A DNA stretch of 64,000 nt from Scenedesmus sp. PABB004 (lineage: Eukaryota): positions 744,001 through 808,000 of the forward strand of contig JABVCE010000010.1 of the NCBI GenBank assembly GCA_014905635.1. Direction: 5' to 3'. The notes under the pieces are model-generated. The model saw only the letters and a list, made by a program, of their open reading frames with translations. It was not told the DNA's origin and did no database searches. The translations under genes were made by a program, and so were the position numbers. Below, piece by piece: positions 16,769 through 28,622 of the stretch. Each line of letters begins with the position of its first letter. Within the stretch, counting starts at the first letter, position 1.

Positions 16769-18322
16769 ATGCATTCTGACGCGCGGCAGCCGGGCGCGCG
16801 GGACGGCGGCGCCGCGGGCGCCCCGGGCGCCGCGCCGCTCGGGGAGCAGCGCCTGCGCGTGGTGGGCCTGGGCGACCCCGTGATGGACCTGCTCTTCCAC
16901 GTCAGCCACGACACGCTCGCGCGCATCGCGGAGCACCCCGGCGGCTGCACCAACGTCGACGCCGACGAGGCGGCCCGCCTCGCGGCGCTCGGCGGCGCGC
17001 ACGCGGCCGACGCGGAGCGGTGCGCGCAGCGGGGGCAGCGCCGCGCCGCGGCGCCGGCGCTCGTGCACGCGCGCGCGCCGCTCGAGCCCCACGCGGCGCG
17101 CGCCCGCGCCCGCGCCGCGCAGGGTGCCGGGCGGCAGCGCCGCCAACGTGATGAAGGGCCTCGCCCAGATCAGCGGCGGCGCCGTGGACTGCGCGTTCCT
17201 GGGCATGGTCGGCACCGACGACACGGCGGCAGACTACACGGCCAAGCTGCGGCAGCAGGGCGTCACGCCGGTCCTGCTGGTGCGGGGCGGGCGGGCGGCA
17301 CGCCGTCCGGCGGCGGCGGGAGGGCTCCTGCGCGGCCCCGGCCGCCCCGGCCGGCGCCGCCGACGTGCGCACGCGCCTGCCCGCGCGCAGGAGAGCTGCG
17401 CCGGCCCCACCGCGACGTGCCTCTGCTTCGTGACGCCGGACGGGCAGCGCACGATGCGCACGTGCCTCGGCGCGAGCGCGGCGCTCACGAGCAGCGCGGC
17501 GCTGCCGCGCGGCTGGGCGGCCGGCGCGGCGCTGCTGCACTGCGAGGGATACTGCCTGTACCGCCCCGGGCTCGCGCGCGAGGCCATGGCCGAGGCCAAG
17601 GCCGCCGGCGCGGCGGTCTCGCTCGACCTCGCGAGCTTCGAGTGCGTCGCAAACAACCGCGCCGCGCTGCTCGAGCTGCTCGGCGCGGGGCTGGTGGACC
17701 TGGTGTTTGCGAACGAGGAGGAGGCGCTCGCGCTGCTGGCCGAGGTCGACCCGGCAGAGGCGGCGGCGGTCGCAGGTGGGGCGCGCGCGGCGGGCGCGAG
17801 CGGCGCGTGCGTGGGCAGCGGCGGCGGCGGCGGCGGCAGGCGAGGACGCCGCGGCGGCGGCCCGACGCGCCCCGCCGGCGCCGCCGCCGCCGCAGGCGCG
17901 AGCGCGGCGGAGCGCGTGGAGGCGGCGCAGCGCTGGCTGCTGCGCCACGTGCGCGTCGCGGTCGTGTCGCTGGGCCCGCGGGGCTGCGTGGCGCGCGCGC
18001 GGGGCGGCGCGCGCGGCGCCGCGCCCGCGGGCGGCGTGAAGGTCGTGGACACCGTCGGCGCGGGCGACTACTTCACCTCGGGCTTCTTGTACGCCCACCT
18101 GCTCGGCTGCGACCTCGCCGCGTGCGCCGCGGTGGGCTGCGCCGCGGGCAGCGAGGCGGTGCAGACCAAGGGCGCCATCCTCAGCGACGCCGCGTGGGCG
18201 CGGCTGCGCGGCCGCGTCGCCGCGATCGTGGCCGAGCGCGGCGGCGGCGGCGGCGGCGGCGGCGCAGCCGCGCCCGGCGCGGAGGCGGCGGTGCCGAGCG
18301 CGTGCTGGTCGCGGCCTCGTGA
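16769..18322 (+). CDS. pfkB/ribokinase-family kinase (resembles plant plastid nucleoside kinase)
   Basis: VVGLGDPVMD, PGGSAANV, GPTATCLCFVTPDGQRTMRTCLG, SLDLASFE, VFANEEEA and VVDTVGAGDYFTSGFL (pfkB signature 2). The stop is ambiguous; the end given assumes a 1-nt indel near 18279. Confidence 0.88.
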   Translation: MHSDARQPGARDGGAAGAPGAAPLGEQRLRVVGLGDPVMDLLFHVSHDTLARIAEHPGGCTNVDADEAARLAALGGAHAADAERCAQRGQRRAAAPALVHARAPLEPHAARARARAAQGAGRQRRQRDEGPRPDQRRRRGLRVPGHGRHRRHGGRLHGQAAAAGRHAGPAGAGRAGGTPSGGGGRAPARPRPPRPAPPTCARACPRAGELRRPHRDVPLLRDAGRAAHDAHVPRRERGAHEQRGAAARLGGRRGAAALRGILPVPPRARARGHGRGQGRRRGGLARPRELRVRRKQPRRAARAARRGAGGPGVCERGGGARAAGRGRPGRGGGGRRWGARGGRERRVRGQRRRRRRQARTPRRRPDAPRRRRRRRRRERGGARGGGAALAAAPRARRGRVAGPAGLRGARAGRRARRRARGRREGRGHRRRGRLLHLGLLVRPPARLRPRRVRRGGLRRGQRGGADQGRHPQRRRVGAAARPRRRDRGRARRRRRRRRRSRARRGGGGAERVLVAAS

Positions 18323-18509
18323 GCCACGCGGGCGGCGGCGGCCGCGCGGGCGGTCAACGCAGCGCGCGACGCAGCGCCCTGAAACTCGGCCCTTGCTTTG
18401 CTCGCGCCCGGCAGCAGCCTCCAGCGAGCCTCCGCGGCGCCGCGGATCCCCTCCCGCCCCGCGCAGCCCGCACGCAGCAACGCTCGCGGCGCCGCAAGCA
18501 GTGCGCACG

Positions 18510-21474
18510 ATGGCGGCCCTGCCGGCGCGGCCCTACGACGCGCTGTACGGTCCGTGCGGCAATGGGCGCTCCGTCACGCGCTCACGCAGCGGCGGAGTCG
18601 GGCGTCTGCGCATGGCGCGGCCCCGCCCGACCGCGGCGCCCGCCGCTGCTGTCGGCGCGCGCAGACCCGACCTACGCCGTCTCCGGCGCGCGCGACCACG
18701 CGCGGCAGCAGGGCCAGTGCGGCGGCTTCCGCGTGGAGCGGGTGCCGGAGCACGGCAACTACTTCTCGGAGCTCGCGCACCACCCCGCCTCGACGTTCCG
18801 GTGCGCGTCGCCGCGCGCGCCGCGCGCCCACACCGCGATTCTCGCGCGCCGCGCGGCGCGGCGCCGAGGCGCCTGCGCGCCGGCCGCCGCCAGGCTCAAG
18901 GCCGACGACCGCGTGCCCGGCTTTGTCGACCGCGGCTTCCGGCCGCCCGCTCGCGCGCCGGGGCAGCTCGCGCGCGCGAGCGCGCCCGCCGCCGTCAACG
19001 GGCGCCAGGCGTTCCGATACTTCACGCGGCCGCTGCTCCCGCGCGGCGCGGCGCCGGCGGCGGCGGGGCTGCTGCGCCTCGCGGCGGCGCCGCCGCCGCC
19101 GCCCGCCGCCGCCGCGCGCGCCGGAGCCGCTCATCCGGGACGCGGCGACGCAGAGCGACTACCGGGAGAACGAGGCGCAGACGCTGCCCTGGTCGCCCGG
19201 CTGGGTGCTGCCGCGCGACCCGGCGGTGCTGGCCAAGCAGGCCGCGCTCTCGGCGCGCTTCAACTGCGCGGGGCCCGAGGTGCTCGCCCTCGCCGACCTC
19301 ACCTTTGGCGACGGCCTGCCGGGTGCGCGCTGCGCCGCCGCCACCGCGCGCGGGCGCGCGCCCGCCGACGCCCGCCGACACCCGCCACGCGCGCCCGGCC
19401 CGGCCGCCAGGCGGGCTGCAGGAGGTGCGGCGCCTGGAGAAGCTGCGCGTGAAGCGCGCGTTTGAGGCGAGCCTGCCGCCCATCGAGGACGCGGCGCGGC
19501 TGCCGGAGCGGCAGGCGCTCATCGAAGCGTGGGAGGCGGGCGAGTGGGCGGAGCGCGAGGGCGAGCTCGCGGGCCTGCAGGGCGAGCGCCTCGCGCTGCT
19601 GGAGACGGCGCTGCGGGTGCGCGCGCGCGCGCGCGCGCTCGTGCGCGTGGGGCGGGCGCGGCAGGCCGACCGCGGCGGGCCGCCGCCGCCCGGCGCCGGC
19701 CGCCCGACCGACCCGGGGCGCCCCCGCGCGCTGTGCCGCGCGCCGCCGCCGTCAGGCGCGCGAGGAGGAGATTGAGGAGGCCCACCGCGGCCAGGTCGCG
19801 GCGCGCACGCGCGCGCTGCTCGACGCCAAGGCGGGGCGCTTCGCGGCCATCCACGGCGCGCGCGTCAAGGCGGTGCACAGCCTCGCGGCGCGGCGCAAGG
19901 CGCTCGACGTGCTTGCGCGCGGCAGCGGCGGTGGCGGCACCAGCAGGGGCGGGGCCGGCAGCATCATCGACCGCTACGCAGACTACGGCTCGCCCGTGTA
20001 CGCGCCGCTGCGGCGCGAGGGCCGCTTCCCGGACGCGCCCGCCGGCGCCGGCGGCGCGCGGCGCGTCGACGCGTCGGCGCTCGCGCTCGCCAGCCTCGCG
20101 GCGCTTGCGGAGCTGCAGGCCGCGCTGCCGGCGGGCGCGCTCGCGCCGCGCCTGCGGCCGCCGCGGCCGGCGGGGCAGCCCAGCCACGCGCAGCGCGCCG
20201 AGGCGGCGGCGCGCGCGGACGTCGATGCGGTGCACGCGCTGCTGCAGGGCGCCAAGGCCGCGCAGGGCCGCGGCGTGGGGCCAGTGTGGCCCTTCCCGGT
20301 CGATGCCGCGGCCGCGGGCGGCAGCCTCGACGGCCGCGGCGCGGCGCGACACGGCACGGGCCGCTCCCCGGCGCCCGACGGCGGCGGCGCTGCCGCGGCC
20401 GACGGCGGCCGGCCCGCGACGCCCGGCGCGCCGCCGCTGCCCGACGCCGACGGGCGGCACGCAGCGCTCGTGCTGCTGCAGCGCCTGCTGCGCGGCCGCG
20501 CGGCGCAGGCCGAGTTCCATGCCGGCATGACCGCGCGCCTGGCGCTCGTGCGCGAGCTGCGCCTCAGCGCGGAGGGCGGCGCGGGTGCGGCGCGCGCGCG
20601 CGCCCGCGGGGCGGCGAGCAGCTCGCGGGCGCCACGGACCCGGGCGCGACCGCGCCCTGGCCTCCACCGCCCGCCGCCCGCCGCAGGCGGCCCCGTGCGG
20701 CCAGAGGCGCGCGACGCGGCGACGCAGGAGCTCGACGCGGTCATCGGCGCCGCGCTGTGCCGCACGTGCCTCACGCTGTCGGGCGACGACGAGGCCGCCG
20801 CGACCGCGCTGCTGCTCGACGTGGCGGCGTGGGAGGAGCAGCTGCGGCGCGACCTGCGCGGCGGCGAGGAGGAGGAGGCGCAGGCGGAGGAGGCGCAGGG
20901 GGAGCAGGAGCCGGCGCCGCTGGCGGCGGCGGGGGCGGCGGAGCAGCCGGCAGCCGCGGGCGCCCAGCTGCACGCGGCGCCGCAGCAGGGCGACGCCGAG
21001 CAGGCAGCGGCGCAGCCGGCGCCGCTATCGGTGCCGCAGCAGGAGCCAGAGCCGCAGCAGCCGCAGCCGCAGGAGCTGCCACAGCAGCAAGAGCAGGCGC
21101 AGGAGCGGCGGCGAGCGCCGGCGGACAGCGACGGCGCAGCTGCGACCGAGGCTGAGCTGGCTGCTCCGGAGCCCAGCAGCAGCGACGGCAGCGGCGGCGC
21201 CTCGGAGGTGACGCGGCCCGGCAGCGGCGAGCCAGGTGCCGCCGCGGCCGAGGCGTCAGCGGCCGCAGCAGCGCCTGCGGCGGCAGACGCCAGCGACGGC
21301 GCCGAGCCGGGGCTGCGGCAGGCGGCGGCCGCCTGCGAGGGCGAGGGGCCTCCGGGTGGCCAGCCTGGCTGCAGCGCGGCGCGGCCTGGATCGCCGGCGC
21401 GCAGCGATGACGCGCCGGACGGGGCTGTTGGCGGGGTCGGCAGCTGCAGCTGCAGCGGGGAGCAGGACGCGTGA
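18510..21474 (+). CDS. CFAP91: Cilia- and flagella-associated protein 91 (FAP91/MAATS1), divergent
   Basis: RPYDALYDPTY, TQSDYRENEAQTLPWSP, GLP..GLQEV..LEKLRVKRAFEASLPP, EWAEREGEL, LLQRLLRGRAAQ...RLALVRELR. Frameshift near 19117. Confidence 0.85.
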
Positions 21475-21886
21475 GGGCGCCGTCGCTGGCGCGCGGGCTG
21501 GGGGTCCGCGCGCAGCAGCGCCCGCTGGCAACGCGCGGCGGCCCGCGGCAGCGGTGCCGGGGATCCACGCACCAGCCACGGTCGGCGGCCGCTTTGCTCA
21601 GCTCAACCGAGCGCGGGTAGGGCTCGCCGCAAAAGCGCGGCCTCGTCGGTTATGCTCGCCGGCGCAGTGCCGCCGCCCGCCCCGCCGCCGCCCAATCGCT
21701 CTCGCTCGCCATTCCGTAGCGCGCCGACACGCCGTTTCGACCACTCGCCTCGCTGCCGCGACCTCACGCGCGCGGGTCCGGCCGGGAGCAGGCGCAGCAG
21801 CGGCGCCCGCACGGCGGCGAGCCCCTGGGCGCGCCCCCACGCATGTCGCCGGCGCGGCCGGCGGCGGGAGCAACAGCGCGGGCGCC

Positions 21887-23248
21887 ATGCACAACGTGAG
21901 CGCCGGCGCGGCCGGCGGCGGGCGCAGCAGCGCCATGCACAACGCGAGCAGCGGCGCGAGCGGCGGCGGGCGGCCGGCGGTCGCGTACGCGACGCCGACG
22001 CAGCTCAAGGCGCGGCGGACCAGCCTGCGCCAGCTCGCGACCTCGATCGTCGCCGTGGCCGCCTGCTCGCTGGCCTGGCTCGCCATCAGCACGTGGCACG
22101 AGCTCCCGCGCGGCACGGGCGCCGACGGCCTGCCGGGCGGCGGCGGCGCCGCCGCCGTCGGCGGCGGCGCGGGCGCGCCCGACGGCGCGCCGGCCGCGCC
22201 GCACGGCGCCGTGAGCGACGCGCTCGTGGCGGCGCTCGTGCGTGAGTGCGCGGCGCGGGGCGACACCATGATCGCGCTCGGCGGCGGCGCGCGGCCCGCG
22301 GTGCAGGCGTTTGCGGAGCACCCGCCGCAGCAGCTCCGTGCCGCCGCGCCGCGCTGCCCGCTCGCGTACGTCCCGCTGTCGCCGGCCGACCGCGGGCTCG
22401 GGCTCTGCACCGACGCGGCGCTCGCGGTCGCGCTGCTGGGCGCGTGGATCGTGCCCGACGGCGCGGCGGCGCGCGCGCACGCCGAGCGCTGCGCCGGCAA
22501 GTCGGCGGTGCTGTTCCTGGAGCCCCTGTACGACGCGTGGCTCGCGTGGCTCGGCGACCACCCGGCCGTCGTCGCGGCGTACGCGCCCAACTTTGAGCAG
22601 GTCGCCGCGGCCGACGGCGCCGCGCACGGCCGCATGGGCCTCGTGCTCTGCAAGGTGCGGCGCTGCGTGGAGCTAATGACGCCGTACCTCACCCAGGACG
22701 TGGGCAGCAGCGCGCCCGTGGTCTACACAGGCACGCGCGCGGGGGCAGCGCGGGGCGGCGGCGGCGCGGCGGCGGCGCAGGGGCGGCGGCGGCGCAGGTT
22801 GGCGGCGGCGGCGGCGCAGGTTGGTGGCGGCGGCGGCCCCTGACGAGCGCGCGCCGCGCACCCGCAGGCCACACGTCGCTCGACCCCTGGGCGTTCCTGC
22901 CGGCGGGCAAGGCGGCGGCGGCGCTGGGCGGCGGCGGCGGCGGCCACCACGCGCGGGCGCTGCTGGCGCACCACGCGCACCGCAAGGCGGGGGTGGAGCA
23001 CGCGCCCGCGCCCGCGCCGCCGCCGCCGCCCGCCGAGGTCGGCGAGGCCGGCGGCGCCGGCAGTGCGCAGACGGCCGCCGTGATGGAGGGCCCGGTGGCA
23101 GCAATCATGGCTGACGAGCTGCCGTCGCTGGCGCAGGCGCAGGAGCAGCAGCAGCAGCAGCAGCAAGCGGATGCGCCGCCGCCAGCAGAGGCGCCGCTGC
23201 CAGCGGATGCGCAGCCGCCGCGACGAGCCGAGCAGCAAGCGCAGCGGG

Positions 23249-23291
<43 letters not shown>

Positions 23292-23965
23292 AGGCGAGCC
23301 GCCGGCGCCAGAGGCGCCGCCTCCGGCCGTGGGGGCGCCCGCGCCGCCGCCGCTGCAGCCCGCAGCGGCGCGGCCGAAGCGGGGCGGCCGGCAGCGCGCG
23401 GCAGCGGCGCCGGAGCCGCCGGCGGCGGGCGTGGAGCAGACCACGCCCGCGCAGCAGACCACGCCCGCGCAGCAGACCACGCCGGCGCAGCTTACCACCA
23501 CGCCGGCGCAGCAGACCACGCCCGTGCAGCAGACCACGCCCGCCGGGCCGACGCTGGCGGCGGCCGAGCCGGGGCGGGGCGCGGCGCCGGAGCCGCCCGT
23601 GCCCGTGGAGCCGGCGGAGCCGGCGGGCGGCCCGCTGCCGCCGCTCGCGGCCGCCGCGACGCCGCTCGCCGCGCTGCACGTGCGCGGCAAGTCGAGCCTG
23701 AAGCACACCAAGGAGCTGCTCGACTGCTGGCTCACGCACCCGGAGTGGCCGACGCTCACGGTGCTCGGGCCGATGCCCAACGAGCAGATCAGCCTCTCCC
23801 AGGCGCAGACCTACATGGCGGCCCCCAACATCGCCGTCCCCCGCCCGGGCAAGGCCGACGGTGCGGCGGCGGCGCGCGGCCGGCGGTTGCGGGGCTGGCG
23901 GCGCCAGCACGCCGGCGGCGAACCCCGCCCGCCCGCCGACCCCTCGACCTCGCTTGCTGACCCGC

Positions 23966-23999
<34 letters not shown>

Positions 24000-24705
24000 G
24001 CGCCCACCAGGGCCCGGCTGGCCGGAGCTCGACCCGCTGCCGCAGGCGGAGCTCGCGGCGCTGCTGACGGGCCACGCGCTGCACGTGCTGCCGAGCGAGC
24101 GCGAGGGCTTTGGCCACGCGATCAACGAGGGCCGCGCCGCGGGCGCGGTGCTGCTGGTGCCCGACCACCCGCCGATGAGCGAGCTCGTCCGCGACGGCGG
24201 CGGCCTGCTGCTGCAGCCGGCGCGGCGCTTCAGCCACGCCGGCCCGCCCGCGCCGGCGCTGGGCAAGTATGGCAACATCAGCGTGAGCATGTCGCCACAG
24301 GTGCGGCGGCGCACACGCGGCGGCAGGCGGGGGCCAGGGGGCAAGGCGGCGGCGGGCGGGGTGCGCGTACGCGCGCGCGGGCGCGGGCGCTCACGGCCGC
24401 GCCGCCGCCGCCGCCCGCCGCCCGCGCCCGCGCCCGTGCGCGCGCGTGCGCGCGCGCAGGGCATCTGCCACGGCGTCGCGCAGGCGCTCGCGCTCAGCCC
24501 GGAGGCGCGGCTCGCGATTGGCCGCCGCGCGCGGCGCCTGTTTGAGGCGGACCGTCGGGACTATGAGTCGCGCATGCAGCAGGTGCGCGCGATGCTGGAG
24601 CAGATGGTCGGCGCGGCGGCGAAGCAGAGAAGGCGGCGCCGCGCGGCGGTTGAGGCCGAGCCGGAGCCCGGGCCCGCGCCGGCGCCGCTGCACCAGGAGG
24701 CGTGA
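21887..24705 (+). CDS. Type II membrane GT-B (GT4/group 1-like) glycosyltransferase with a large Q/P/A-rich insertion
   Basis: N-terminal TM (SIVAVAACSLAWLAISTW), VYTGHTS, LHVRGKSSLKHT...CW..HPEWP, LHVLPSEREGFGHAINEGRAAGAVLLVPDHPPMSELV (E-x7-E GT4 motif). Confidence 0.78.
23434..23545 (+). repeat. 18-nt coding minisatellite (QQTTPA)n
   Basis: About 6 copies of gcagcagaccacgccc/ggc. Confidence 0.9.
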
Positions 24706-25180
24706 GCGCAGCACGCGCGGGGGCCGGTAATCGGCGGCTGCTGTTACGAATTCGTCCGGGGCCCGCTCGTGGCACGCATGGGCACACACGCACTTGCCAC
24801 GCCAGCCCGCCGGCGCGCCGGCGCCCTGCACCAGAGCCCCCGCCAACCATCGCGCGCACCCCCCTCGCTCCCGGCAGCCCGCCTCAGGGGCCCCGCGTCT
24901 GTGTCGCGCTGCGCACGCGCGCCTGCTCGGCGCCCCCGGCGCGGTGCCGGCCGCTCCTGCTGCGCCGCGGCCGCCCCGTGTCGGCGGCCGCGCCCACGCC
25001 CCCCGCCTGCATAGACAGTCGCACGCGCCGCCCCACCGCGCTTGGGCTCCCAGCCTGGTTGTGGTTGTGTCCGTCGCAGTCTGTCGCAGTCTGTCGGAGA
25101 GTCTCGGCCCCACAGGGACGGCCGGCCCTTGTCTGTGTTCAAGGCCTCGACGCGTCAGGCCTTGAAGTTGGCAGCGGCGC

Positions 25181-26466
25181 TCAGGCCTTGAAGTTGGCGG
25201 TCGTCGGAAATTCGCCCAGCGCGCCGGCCTTGGTGATGACCGAGCTGCGGCGGGGACAGAGGGGGGGAGGGGTCGCTGTGACAGCCCGCCGGCCGCGGCG
25301 CGCGCCGGCGCCGGCCGCGGGCGGCGTGCGGGCCGCGCACCTGAGCACGACCGACTCGCCGCGCGCGTTGGTGACGTTGAGCGAGAGCGGCAGCGCGGGC
25401 AGCATGCTCGCCTCCCAGGCGGCCCCAAACGTGTTCTTCATTGGGCGCCACACCCCGGTCGGCGTGCCCGCCTGCGCGCGCGGCGCAGTCGGCGGCGCGG
25501 CCGGCGCGGTCGGCGCGGCCGGCGCCGCCGGCGCGGCGCGGGCGGCGCGGCCCGTCCCGCGGCGGCGGCGCCGCCGCCGCACCCGTGCCGCGCTCTGGAA
25601 GCCCACGGACGTGATGTCGCCGGCGCCCGCCACATTTTTGAGCGTAAGCCGCACCCAGCCGCCGCCGGTGATGCGGTAGGCGTCGACGCTCACCACGATG
25701 CCGCCGGCAAAGGGGCAGGGCACCTGGGGCCGCCGCGCGGCGCGCGGCGCGGGCTGAGCCAGCGCGGGCGCGCGCACGGAGTGTGGCGAGGCGGCCGCGG
25801 CGCGCCCCGGGGCTGCCCACCTCGCGGTACTGCACGGCGACGTTGCCGAGGTCGAGCGGCGCGAGCTCGGCAAACGCGCGGGCGTTGAGGTTGACCTGCA
25901 GCGGCGCGCACTCCGCGCAGCGGTCGACGACCTGCGCCACGATCGGCGCCGTGCTGTCGCACATCTGCGGCGGCGGCGGCGCGGCGGCGGGGGTGGGCCT
26001 GCGGGGCGCGCAGGGCGGCGGCCGCCGGGCCCGGCGCGCGGTGCGGCGGCGCAGCGCGCCTCGCTGTCGTTGCATGTGACCTCGAGGCACATGCCGCAGC
26101 CGCCCATCGCGCGCTTGGCGAACGGGCTCGCGGGGTCGAGGCCGACGACCTTGTAGCTGCGTGCGGCGCGGCGCGGCGGCGCGTGAGCGCGGACGGGCTG
26201 GCACGCGGCGGCGGCGCGGCGCGCGGGCAGCGCGGCGCGCACCCCGGCTTGGCGGTGGCGGCGTTGACCAGCGGCCCGTAGCCGCACGCCCCCGCGGGGA
26301 TCGCGGCGGGCCAGCCCGCCGACACGTCGTTGCCCTTGGGGCCGTTGGTCAGCGTGGCGGAGCCGCGATAGTACCGGCCGCCCGCCGCCGCCGGGGCGGG
26401 CGCCGGCGCGGGCGCCTGCGCCGCGGCGGCCACGAGCGAGGCCAGCAGCAGCAGCGCGATCGCCAT
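25181..26466 (-). CDS. Secreted expansin-like protein (DPBB domain plus CBM63-like domain)
   Basis: Signal peptide MAIALLLLASLVAAAAQ; GACGYG, GCGMCLEVTC, VVDRCAEC..QVNLNARAF..LA....GNVAVQYREVPC; domain 2 with LKNVAGAGDITSV, WRPMKNTFGAAWE, PLSLNVT. Confidence 0.88.
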
Positions 26467-26599
26467 CTTGGTGTGCCGGATTCTGGGCAGGAGCACCAGC
26501 AGAGTTCCTGCGTTTGCAGCAGCAGCAGCAGCGTTGGCCATCCCGCGTCCCGTGCGCCCCCGTCTGACCGCTGCTGGATGCGCGCGCGCGCTTGGAGCT

Positions 26600-27332
26600 C
26601 GGCCGACGTCTCCCGCGCGGAACGCGCTCGCTCGCCGCAGCAGCCGGCGGCGCGCGCGCGCGGGGGACGCGCGCTCGTCGCGGCGCTCGCGCCGGCCCTC
26701 ACCGCTGCTCGGCGAGGTGCGATGGATGGCGATCAAGGCCGTGGTGCGCATGCGGCGCTCACGGCGGGGGCGGGGCGGCTTTGAGGGGGCTCCGCTGCAA
26801 CAACGCGGGGCGTCAACTCGGGTGCTGTCGGTCGGGCGAGTGAGTGAGCGGGCGCTGCGCGAAGCTGCCGCGCAGCTGCCCGCGTCGGTCCGGGCGAGCC
26901 GCGCGACGGTGCAGGCCTCGGCGCGCGCGCCCCCGGCGTGCGCGAGCGGCGGCGTGCGCGCGCGCGGCTGCGGCGGCGGGCGCGCGAGCGGCGGCGTCTG
27001 CGGCGCCGCGCCGCGCAGATCGGGAGCGCACGCGGGGTGGGGTGGGAGCTGCTGGTTCGCACGCCACGGCTGTGCGGTGCGCGTCGAGCGCGCGACGCGC
27101 GAGCGGTGGGGCTTCGGCACTCTGGCGGCGTCACCGGGTCGCCAGGTGCCTGGCTGCGGCAGCGGCAGCGGCGACGGGAGTGGCGGCGCGAGCGTTGGAG
27201 AGCCGAGCCGCTGCCTGGCGCGCCGCGTGCTGTGCGGCACGCGCTCCCGCCGGCTGCCCCCGGCAGGCCCGGCGGCTGCGCCGCCACGCCACGCGATCAC
27301 CCCAGCTCGTGCCAACAGTCACGGCACGCGCC
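26600..27332. repeat. Direct repeat copy 1 (~730 bp), duplicate of the CP12 upstream region
   Basis: Near-identical to 28715-29437, from cggccgacgtctcccg to cagtcacggcacgcgcc, with few substitutions and short indels. Confidence 0.95.
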
Positions 27333-27458
27333 TCCCTCAGCCCGGCTCAGCAGGGGGGGTGCATTGCGTCACGTGCGGCGTGGGGCTTGCGGCCGCTGCA
27401 CTCCTGACGCCGCGCTCGCGCCGCCCTCCCATTCGAGCCCACGCCCCCCCTGCATCTC

Positions 27459-28284
27459 ATGGAGCCTGCGGAACTGGCCCTGCGGCGAATCCACGAGCTC
27501 GTGGCGGTCGCGGCGCTCCTCGCAGACGGCGGGGTGGTCGACGTGCGCACGCCCGCTGCCGCTGCGCAGCCGCTGGCGGCGCCCCAGGCGCGGCGCGGCG
27601 CCTGAGCAACGCCCTCGCCCGCGCGCAGGTCGACCCCGCCTACGCCGCAGCGGCGGCGAGCTGCGCCGCAGGGGACGCAGCGGTGCGGCGCCGCGGCGCG
27701 GCCGCGCGGCAGCTGTGGCGTCAGCACCGCCGTTGAAGCGCGCCCGTGCTGCTGCACCCGACCCAGGAGCCGGCAGCCGCGCGGCTGGCAGGCACGGGCT
27801 GCAGCGGCGCCGTGGAGCTCGGAGCCGGCGCGGCACGCGGCGCGCCGGCCGCGCGGCTGGCGTTTGCGATGCCGCCGGCCTACCCCGGCCCCGGCGCGCC
27901 GCTGCGCTGCCACGTGACCTCGCAGCAGCTGCCGCGCGGCGCCGTCGACGAGCTGTCGCGGGCGGCGCAGGCGCGGGCCGACGCGGCGGCCGGCGCCGAG
28001 TGCTTGCACGAGCTGGCGGAGGCGCTGGCCGCGCAGCTGGCGGACCTGGAGCAGCAGCGACGAACGGCGGCGGACGGCCAGCCAGGCGGCGGCGCGGCGA
28101 GCGGCTGCTCGCCGGCGGCGCTGCCAGTCCGGCGACGCGTGCTGCTGCGCCTCGATCATATGAGGGAGCGCGCCGCCTACACTCGCACCATCCGGCAGTG
28201 GGCCGCGGAGCTGAGGCTCTCGGGTGGGGCGCGCGCCGGCGGCCGGCCCGCCGCGCGCTGGGCCCGCGCGTGCGCCGCCGCCGC

Positions 28285-28315
<31 letters not shown>

Positions 28316-28622
28316 AGGCTGGCTCCTCTTCTGGCGGTCGCTCATTCTGATCGAGCTCGAGGGCGACCGCGCGAGCGTGAGCGAGTACCTCTCCCGCGCC
28401 CGCACCGTCTGCGTGGACGTCGACGCGAGCGGCCGAAAGTGCCGCGAGCGCATGCTCAGCGTGCTCGCCGACGGCGACGCCGCCGGCGCCGCGCCGGGCG
28501 GCGCGCGCGCGGGCTTTGCCGAGCTGGCGCCGGCGACGCTGGACGACGTGCTCGCCGCGCTCGCGCCGACACACCCAGAGTATGACCGGGGCGCGGTGCT
28601 GGCGCTGCTCGGCCTCGGCTGA
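27459..28622 (+). CDS. RWDD3: RWD-domain protein RWDD3 (RSUME)-like
   Basis: RWD-like FAMPPAYPG, and LLRLDHMRERAAYTRTIRQWAAELRLSG|WLLFWRSLILIELEGDRASVSEYL...VDVDASGRKCRERMLSVL, matching the RWDD3 C-terminal domain as I recall it. Frame problems at about 27680-27745. Confidence 0.82.
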
